Positions 54,712-64,000 of a stretch of DNA of 64,000 nucleotides are shown here, one piece after another (within the stretch, counting starts at the first letter, position 1; each line of letters starts with the position of its first letter). The notes beneath the pieces are model-generated. The model ran no database searches. It saw nothing but the letters and a program-made list of their open reading frames with translations, and was not told where the DNA came from. Both the position numbers and the translations under genes were made by a program. The stretch is taken from the NCBI GenBank assembly GCA_015680685.1, contig MNCI01000668.1:1234715-1298714 (forward strand). The letters are read 5' to 3'. This DNA comes from Gnetum montanum. Taxonomy: Eukaryota; Plantae; Gnetophyta.

Positions 54712-55458
54712 TGATGAGTGACAAGGTAACCCTATGCTCAACCATACGAATATGAGCATGTATGCATGATTTGGTCGTACTGTACAGATGGACTAGTTGT
54801 GGCACCTAGATAGTTACATGTTGATCGTAATTCGCGATCTTCCCACTTGGACTAGAAGTAGCTTTGTCATGTATGGTTTAGTCCAGAGTGAGGCATATGA
54901 TGTTGTCCTAATTCTATGTTACTTCTAATAATATAAAAGATAAATTGATTAAACTAATAATGGAAGAAAAACATAAATTATCCTATGATGATGTTATCTG
55001 TCCTTAATCATTCATACACATCTTGGACTTTGTGGGATTACTACTGGGTGTGTCAAGTACTCGCAAGGCATACACATTCTACTTAATGATAGGAAAAGTA
55101 AATAACAATAAATCAACTATTAACTAAAGAAGGTATTAAATAATTAAAATAATGAAATTAATCTAAGTGAATACTACAATGATGAAAGTAATCTCAATCT
55201 TTATTGCCAGTCATGCACGTGTCCAAGTTCGTCACACTTGAACAAAGTTGTTATACAATTACAAACATCACATTGTAGGCATGCACTAGGAATAACTAGC
55301 TTGGAAGAAAAAAACTGAAAACTAAACTACCAAAAGAAAAGAACTTCTAACTCTCTAATAATCTCTCATTGTGCACCTGAGTGTTGTATTTATAGGCTAG
55401 CATAGGAATCACGATATCGCATACCTGATATTGGGGCCTAGCAAACCACGATTCATCA
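54712..55458 (-). repeat. 5' LTR of Athila D
   Basis: Termini tgatga...tcatca, TATA-like motif (tatttatagg) at ~55388, adjacent PBS. Confidence 0.8.
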
Positions 55459-56868
55459 CTTAACCTTAAAATTTTTGATATTTTCTAAATATATTAATTG
55501 ATTAATTTATTATTATTATTAGCATGTATAATGAAAAATTTAATTATCTTCCAAACCATAGGTCTAATCAAGATGAAATTTATACCATTGAAATCATCTT
55601 AACGGGTAATATGCATTGGGCATGGTCTGAGGATCCAAAAACTAAGTTATATTTTCAAGAATTGAGAGGACTAAAATACCCTATTTTGCTAAACTAAAAA
55701 TACAAAGCTAACATATGAGTGACTTGAGGACTTCTAAGATGACTTGGATTTGATTATAAATAATAGACCAATCATTGGACAAAAATATAATACTTTTACC
55801 TTATAACTTGGCAAGTGTGATGTATGTTTGTTTTCCCAAATTAAGGTTATACCCTAATGAGACATTCTTATGGCTAGTTTGACCTTCCTTAAACTTACTA
55901 GTACATAGGTGCTAGGTAGAAATGAGTAATGCCAAATTACTATGTTAGGTGTTTAAGGGGTAATAGTAAGTTCCAAATAACAAAAAATTGACTTAGGCCA
56001 TGATTACTAGCCTAGAAAGGAACTTAAAATAACCTTAATCAATTAACATTTCTAGCATTATTACAAGATGGATAAGAGTTACCTGGACTAGTGTATCCTT
56101 GTCTTACCAGTGTCTCTTATAGTTCATTAATCTTGGTGAGGCATAATAAGATCTTCCCTAGTCAGTGATATCCTTGAAAGAATTATGTTAATTAGTGGGA
56201 TCTATCTTAAACATGATATAGGTTTGTGGTTCTCCTATAGAGGTGTAGTCCTAACTCATTTATCCATGAAAATCACTAGAAGGGTATCTTTAGGTGTACA
56301 TGGATTACATGAATTATCTAAGATATGAGGTACATCTGATGGTGATCTGTGACTCTCCTTGGATTGTGACTCCATGATTCGCCATCAAGTTGAAATCAAC
56401 CCTTGGTTCTAATTCTCCCTTAGGTTTTGGTTTTCTCTAATAACAAATGTGACATCTCATTCCTAGATGTTATGGAAAATGTTAAATATATGTTATCTTA
56501 GATATTATACATAAGAAGACAACATGACAAATGTCAAATATGTGTAAAGTTCAACATTATATGTAAGGAAATTAAAAGTGAAAATGGAAAAGAAAAAAGA
56601 AAAGAATGTTGTATTAATGTGCACTAGTATATTTGGGTCATGCTCTAGTTGTTTTTTGGCATTATCTTCCTTCAACATCTCTCCCTTAAGGCTATATAGC
56701 ACTGCCACAATGGTTAGACCTATAATTGGCCAAAAGGAATGGCTAGTCCTCTTCCTGTCCTAATTCAACTAGCACCTATTACTTACCTTTACCAACTCTA
56801 AAACTCCATGATAATACAACTACTAATGCTTATGTATAAATACCTTAGGTCAAACCCCCAAAGGTCAC
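55459..56868 (-). mobile_element. Second member of the CCR4-element LTR family: 3' part of the LTR (56868-56448), PBS and first ~1 kb of internal region
   Basis: The reverse complement matches 11395-12590 (ctttgggggtttgacctaagg; gatgtcaca-tttgttattagagaaaacc; caggtaactctta; aattcttgaaaa...aatgcata). Confidence 0.8.
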
Positions 56869-57499
56869 TACTAGTAACTACTTTGGACTATCACTATTTC
56901 CTTGCTCATTTCCTAGAAATAGGAAGCCAATGGTGCAGAAAGCTCTACTTAACACCAACATATATCTTTTCCTTGTAATAAAAATCACAAGGATGAGAGT
57001 TCATTCAAAACTTGAGTTTAGGTATTTGCTAGTCTCTCAAAATACCAACCCCTAGATACCTCCAAATAAACTTAGCAGTTGCAAAGAGCTATGTGTTTTG
57101 GATTAACATAAGCTCTAAATTTCACAATATTACATCTTAAGAGTTTTAATAACTAGTTGCACTTTAGTGAAAAGATTCAACCCCCTCCTCCTTTTTTTAG
57201 TAAGCAATAAATTTCTAGCTATATCAAAGCTTCTTAGTCTACATAATCTAAATCATGTGATACCTACACTAATTTTCCTTTCATCTAATGCTTAACTGCA
57301 ATTTGACAAATCTATTACCAATCTTCCCTAGAGAAAAATTCCATGAAAAATATTGGAAAACAGAGCAAGATTCAATGGATTCTAAACATTATGATAATAA
57401 AATTGTATTAAATCTTAAACATTGACATGAGTAAACACTTTCAAACATAAAGCTTTTAAATAAGTTAACAATACTAAAAATTGCTAAACCCTTGGCTCA

Positions 57500-60400
57500 A
57501 ATAGGTAGTTTATCAATCCCAAGAAACAAATTGTAAAGCACACTAAGATCTTAACTACTTGTTAACAAGTTTAATAAAGTAGAGAAAATAAAAATGACTC
57601 ACTGTATAGAAGCAAATGAGCTGAATGAAATTGAACTTTAAAATTTCTTTGTACAAGATTTAGTTCTCTCAGCTTTTCCCTTCCCAAGATTATTCTTAAA
57701 CAAATTTGCTTTGGGCTTTTTATAGTAGCCTTTGGAAGTTACAATAATTATAAGAGTTTAAAGCTAAAGTTTCCTCACATTCTGCTCATATACCTATAAA
57801 CTATTAGATAACTATTCAACTTTAAAGAAAATTCTTCTCATCTTCTAAATTTGGAATGCTTCAACTAATAGTTGTTATGTTAAATTCTCAAGATTAAGAA
57901 GAACTTTAATGGCTTGATTCATTGTATCTAGTTCTATGCTATTAATCCCTTTGAGCACATCCTCAGATCCTAACCTACCTAAATATGATTTTGCTATTGA
58001 ATTAGTTAATTCTATTGCCACAACTCCTACATTGAAACAAGAATTTTTCAAATCAAGCTTATTTTTGGAAGTTTCACCCATAATTCCTATAATTGCCATC
58101 ATCATCATATCTAACAAACCTTGTTTGTATGATGGAAATACTTCTCCTTTTGCTTTGGCCAAGGCATATAGCTCCTAGGTTCCTCTCTCCATTTCTACAA
58201 AAACAACTTATTTTCCTTTGATTTCCACAATATCTTATTTAGTCTTTCATATCCATTCTTTGTTATAATTAACTTCAGTAATTACATATTTGAAATCTAG
58301 TAGAGCTAGGAAAGAATAATCCAAGGCCTTTTCCTTTTTTGCCTATTCCAATTTAGAGCTGCTAATAGCTAATCTCCTCTTCATTTGAGCTACTTCATGC
58401 TCCTTATTTTCTAGTAATGATTTTTTGATTATTATCATTGCTTTCAACTCTTCATGGTCCTCTCTTAATTCCTTCATTTTTTGTTGTAGCTTGAATGTCT
58501 CCTATTCATTTTGCAACAAACAATCCTTAGGTTTGGCTATCTGACCATCAGCTATCTACCCCATATCCTTGATTAGAGTAGCTATGGTTTCCAACATATC
58601 TTCATGTAACATCACAAGATTTTGATTCCTTATTTTTGGATCATCTTCTTTATATTGAAAGATGGTACTAGCTTTTATTTTAGGATTAGTGGAAAGCTTT
58701 TGGCTCAATATAATTCTACCATCTTTCTCCATAATCTTGAAAGGTCATGCTACTCCTTTCCTCAAATATCTTAAAGGGAAATTTAAAATAGTAAGGGTAG
58801 ACAATGAGCATTCTACTTCCTTCTATTGTTTCCACTACAATTCTATCAATTTCTACTACTCCAGTAGTTACTATTATTATGAATCTTTTAACCTTTGTTG
58901 CTCTTGTAGCTACTATTGTTGTAGTTCCTTCTTGGCCTTGGCTTACTCAACTCTGGCTTTTCTCATGGCTTTGACTCTTGCATATTCAGCTCCATCAAGA
59001 GGAAACCTCTCATCAAGCATTTCATTCTCTAGTTCTAGAAAGCTCCAAGAAAAATAATTTTTCTCCATTTGAGCTAAGTTCTCTTCTTAGAAATCTCTAG
59101 CCCAAGGATGATATCTATCTTCCATCCATCTACATAGTTTAGTAACTAGTGCACCATAAGCTATAGCTAATAACTTCATTAACATGCTCATTTTCAACTA
59201 TGCTAGAACTTTATCCTTGGTTTGGTTAACTTCCCTATTAGTCTCTCTAAGATAGAATACACAAATATCATCTAGTTGATGAACCTTTCTAGTCTTAGCA
59301 ATGGAGTATATTCTTTTGGGAGCTGGAGGAAAGCTGCATTGTTCCTAGTATCTTCTTGTCATTACTCTCAAATGCCCTAAATTCATAAATTTCCAAAAGT
59401 TAAATTTAAGAGGGAAAACCTCTTTATGCTTATAGTCATGTCATAGAGGACTCTCTAACATTTGATGCTGAACTTCTAAGGCTACCAAATAAGGAGCTAC
59501 AAACCTTGGTAACTTGAAGGTCTTTCCCTTGAAACCTTTTATGAGGATCTAAGTATAATGAGCTTGTACAAAGATAACTCTATGGTATTTTCCTCTTATT
59601 TTATTAATAACCTATTGGTCTACCCTTAGCAAAAAATCTTCTAATGTCAAATTTATTCAATGGAGGTAAACACAATTCATAAAAAATACTAGAGCTTCTA
59701 CATCAAAGTAGCTTTTCTAGTAGATGACTAGGGAGAAGAAATAACAAGTGTCCTCTAGATAATCTCTTCTTTGTGATGTGTACTCTATAGAAATTGAGGT
59801 TATTCTCTTAGGTTCAAGAACATCACAAAACAAATAGTCTAACAAAAATGAGCTAAGACTCAATTGAACCCCTTGCTCATGAATTTTGGATAGGCTATGT
59901 TGCAATGCATCATTTGTATATCATACATGAAACAAATCTCTTATTCTCTAAATCCACCTAGGTCCACATATGATAATTGGAAATAGTATTCATCTCATAG
60001 CTAGAACAAAAATTTAAAGTGAAAATAAAAATCTTGTGAGGAAACTTGAGCTCTAAAACTTTGGAATGACTTTTCTATATTCCCAGGTCACTAAATTGGC
60101 TGGTGATAGCTTGATGGTCTTTCTTGATTCAAGATAGTTTCAAAACTTTCCACTTAGCACCTTCTCATTATACTGACAAGCTTCTGTTTTAGTAATGCTT
60201 AGTTCTATAATAATGTAGAGCTTGTACACCTTCTTAACATTGATGTTAATATAGCACTTTATGTTCCCTCTAAATCATAGCTTGTCTTTCTCATAAACTA
60301 TTCTCACTATTAGGCAATTCAAAACATCTCTAATAAGACTTTCCTTGGGTCTAAAACCAACATCATGAAGCCTTGTTTTCTTGTAAATTTCTCATCATTC

Positions 60401-60750
60401 TTCCATCATTTTCATAGACTGAAGACCTAATTTCTCTATCAAAATATGATCTTTATCAAAGATAAACATGTTTTCCTCCTCCACTTCTAACCCTAAGCAT
60501 GTGACATCAATCCATTGCTAGAGCTGGTAGATGTTTAGGTTGAATTGCTACAAGTACTTTGAGAGAGCAAAAGTGTTAACATCTTGGAATTTTTGGGGCA
60601 TCTCTTATTTCTCTTTGTGTAACATCTTAGTTGTTTCTTCAAATGATTTTTTGAGGGTTTTGGAGCTTTTCTTTATGCTTCAATGGTTGCTTTGTCTCTA
60701 TTCTTAGCTTTGTTTCAACTCTCAATCATACTTGCTAATGGCTTCATGTT
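57500..60750 (-). pseudogene. Large unknown retroelement accessory ORF (copy 2)
   Basis: IYKKTRLHDVGFRP...; YT*ILIKGFKGKTFKLPRFVAPYLVALEVQHQ; LCRWMEDRYHPWARDF; EMLDERFPLDGAEYARVKAMRK, then coiled-coil-like sequence. Confidence 0.65.
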
Positions 60751-60949
60751 TGAAAGTTGCCCATATTTTATTTATTAATATTCATAGTTCAATTCTTCAA
60801 TTCGCTCTTTTAAAACAAGTTGTTTGACTCAATCCTCAACACATGTCATAAGCTTTGATTTCGTTGAGCTACTTCATTAAAAACACAAAGGATTAGAATC
60901 AACATCTTGACCTATTCTTATCATTGTAGCTTTATCTTAGTACTAAAGT

Positions 60950-62720
60950 TAGATTGTGGAAACCTTTTCAAACCTATTTGTAGAGCTGAATTTTGATTCT
61001 ATAAATTCATTATACAAAAGAGTTAATATGAAAGAGTTGTTCATGAATTTGCTCATATAATAAACTCTTAGCACTACAAGCAATCTTCTTCTTTTAAGTT
61101 GATAGGGCAAAGTATTCTCAAGGCTATCTTTTGAACTTTTCTTGGAAAACCTTTTTGTGCACTTCAAACTTGTTCTATCAAGAAGCTAACATGGTAGAAT
61201 GTATTTGAGCTTTTTGTAGAGAAAATTTTGGTTCAATGTATTGTGTCATGGCCTTTGTTGAGCTAGATTAAAAATAAAATGTGCATGTACACAATTATTG
61301 ATGGTTCCAAAGTAAGATTTGATGTGTCTTGTAGAATCATTTTAGAGATTATTTATAGAATCATTTTTATGCTCTAAAAACTTACTCTACAAAGAAGCTG
61401 ACACAACAAATTGGTGTGGTAGCTAACTTGTGAAGTCAATTCATAGAACCATCTTTTGGTTCTATAAGATTTTCTTCTTTCTTAACCTTACATGGATTTT
61501 AAGTTTCCTTATATCCTCAAATATTTATACAATGATCTTAGCTGAGCTAGATTAAAATTGTAATCTTTCACATGTAGAATAATATGTGGTAGGCTCCCTA
61601 TCTAAGCTTTGTGACTTGTAGAATCATTTTAGAGTTTACTTGTATTTTGATTCTATGAGCATATACTATATAAAAGCTAATGTGGTAGAGATGCTTTTGC
61701 ACTTGCTTGGAGAGATGAATTCTAGTTCTACAAATAAGTTTATTTCAATACATTCTAATGACATGGATTGTAAAACCATTTTGGCTTTTCTTTGTAGAAC
61801 CAACTTCTAGCTCTACAAATCGATATCATATAGAAGCTAACATGGTGGAGTTTCTGTGAAATTCATCCTTATGAGTTCATTAGTATTCCAAAACTAAGGT
61901 GGTTTATAGAACCAATCCTAGATTTGTTTGTAGAGCTAAATTTTAACTTCATAAACCATCTCTATAAGCTAATGTAAAAGTGAGGGTTGAATATCTTTTA
62001 AAACCTTCTAATGCACTCTTAAGAATTAAATTAGCTATTCATAAAACCATTTTGTAGAGCAGCTTTTTGGTTCTACAAACTTGTTCTTTGTTAATGTTGA
62101 CATGGCAAAGCCAATTTTAAGCTTCTTCATAGAACTAACTTATAGCTTTATAGACTAGTCCTACGAGATGATGTTATAGAGCTTCTTTTGTGCTAGCTTG
62201 TAGAACCAAATCTTAGCTCTATGAGCTATGTAATTGAGCTTTCACCTCACCTTGAAAATTAATTTGTCAAAATAGAAGCAAGCGCATAATGTCTAATAAG
62301 ATCTTTTACATACGTCTTTGTTTGTGGAGCCTCTTCATGAAACCACTTTTTAGCTCTATAAGAATTTTGTCATGTAATGAAGATGACATGATAGAATCAA
62401 AGATAAACTTATTTTTAGAGTTGAATTTTGACTCTTTAAATATTGCTCTCTCATAAAAGTTGATGTGGCAAAGCCAAAAAGTATAGTTCCTAGTAGAACC
62501 ATTTTTCTACTCTACAAATCTTCTATCTAAATAAAGCTCACTTGGAAAAATCATTTTCTATGCCTAACTTATTTTATGTAATAGCTTACATGTCACTTGA
62601 AATATACACAAAGCTAATATGCTTTAATCCCGCAAAGCTAAGTTGAGTAGAACCATTTTGTAGAACTTATTTTTTATTCTATGAGCCTCCTCTATGAGCT
62701 AATGTGACAAGTGTACTTTA
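60950..62720. repeat. Degenerate palindromic tandem array (copy 2)
   Basis: Repeated tgtagaacc...(g/a)gttctac/t and gctaacatgg/gctaatgtgg/ttgatgtgg. Confidence 0.75.
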
Positions 62721-63255
62721 ACAAACCTCCTTTTTGGATTTGAATCAAGCCCCTTTTCTAGAAATAAGGGTTTACCTTTACACTCAATTATTTTTTCTAA
62801 TGCATATTAAGATAAAATTGATCCTTAGGCTTTGTGATTCCATTTTTAACATTCTCATCTTAGCTAGAAGAGAGATAAAGTGTATGTTTGATCTAGTTCA
62901 AACTTGTGTAAGCCCTATCTTTGATGGATAACTCAGTTATTACTTATAGTGCTAATTTTAATTCAAAACCCTTGCTCGTCAAACTACCTAAAAATTTCAT
63001 AAGCTAATGTAGTTAATAGAACAGAATATTAAGGGATTATATTCAACTTTAAACCCCTTTATCCAAAAGAAAATTTAATTATAGATTCTTTAACCTTTAT
63101 TTTTTCTTTGTTTAAACATTCCCTAGAATTTCCTCCACTTCATGCTCATTTTTCACATAACATAATGAATTTTAGCTTAATCTTGAACTTGCATGAGTCT
63201 TAGTAGAGAATAGAAGCTTAAGCTCTACTCCATTAATGGCCAAAATTTCATAACA

Positions 63256-63410
63256 GTCATCTCGAGAAACATGTACATTATTACAACATGCCCTTTCACA
63301 TCTTAATTATAATTTACTCTTTGGGTCTTGTTACAACAAACACAATATTAGCTATGAAGACACATCTCCTTCATTATGCAATGGCACCATTTGGGAATAG
63401 GAAAAAGACA
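63256..63410 (-). repeat. 5' end of the split LTR of the second CCR4-family element
   Basis: Reverse complement tgtctttttcctattcccaaatgg...taatgaag...aacaagacccaaa...aagggcatgttgtaataa matches 11244-11390. Confidence 0.8.
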
Positions 63411-64000
63411 GAGTGGCTAGAGTTCAAAGACTTGTATGAAGTCTAGGTATCTTGTTAGGAAGAAAATCCATCGCATGATAAAATATACGCTCTTATTCAA
63501 ACTTTCTTTTTAGACTCTCATTGGCAACTATGAAAACAATCAAGAACTTGCTCATTATTCAAAGTCTCCTAAAAGGTGCTAAACTAGACATGTTCTTGCT
63601 AGTGGTTTTACTCATGGTGGACTTTATTGTACTTATTTTGGACATTCAAATATTTATTATAGGGTTCTAAATACTTTCTGAGGGCTTCAAGCTAGTTAAT
63701 GTAGAATTTGAAAAATGTTCTGATAATTGTGGTTCTATATGTAGTGTTCTTGATGGATTTCTAATATGTGCTATTGGATGTGGCTATTTTTATGGTATGA
63801 ATTCCATCATAAAGTACAACTCTTAATTATTTATATCCCTAACTATGTTGCATACACATTGAAGAATGTGTCCTAGTCATTCATATTCTCCACCTATGTT
63901 TTTTCTTATGAATAGCTCATGCTCTATCTGAGTTGTATCTATCGAGGTGGTCATGTTGAAATCTAACTCTGCTTTTGAGGGATCAATATATTTTGAATAC

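Larger units (their letters stand above)
48400..55458 (-). mobile_element. Athila-like element D, pol-less (5' LTR, PBS, gag, spacer, env-like ORF); 3' LTR not seen
   Basis: LTR at 54712-55458 (TGATGA..CATCA), PBS ttggtgccattgtc at ~54697-54711, gag, spacer 51400-50900 homologous to 8750-9250, extra ORF. Confidence 0.8.
56869..63255. mobile_element. Inserted retroelement derivative (unknown ORF plus repeat array) inside that LTR
   Basis: Flanked by gtcac (56864-56868) and gtcat (63256-63260), ends ...taaca. Removing it restores the LTR sequence. Confidence 0.7.

Noticed and set aside
57170-57235. Possible LTR end (attcaaccccctcctcc) plus decayed Met-PBS on the plus strand
   Set aside because: Too degenerate, and no matching second LTR could be aligned by eye, so the orientation of the 56869-63255 insert is left open.
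63411-64000. Possible decayed coding sequence at the window end
   Set aside because: No recognisable motif in the frames inspected.

Overview
AT-rich, CpG/CHG-depleted plant heterochromatin made entirely of nested, decayed transposable elements. No intact host gene, RNA gene or CRISPR array was seen. A seed plant is likely, and a gymnosperm is plausible by inference. From left to right: a MULE transposase remnant; a pol-less Sirevirus (copia) element; four Athila-like gypsy copies, two with an env-like extra ORF and one lacking pol; two copies of an element carrying a large unknown minus-strand ORF and a palindromic repeat array; a near full-length chromovirus (probably Galadriel); a Tekay-like pol and LTR; and a hAT transposase split by a Sirevirus solo LTR. 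The most notable object is a 5.7-kb LTR element (11244-16907) with two LTRs, PBS, PPT and TSD but no gag/pol. Its cargo is an intronless, frameshift-free pseudogene of a plant CCR4a/b-type mRNA deadenylase catalytic domain. A second, diverged member of the same LTR family lies on the minus strand (63410 to 55459, split by a later insertion) and shares an apparently coding exon and splice donor next to the PBS. All coordinates and alignments were read by eye.
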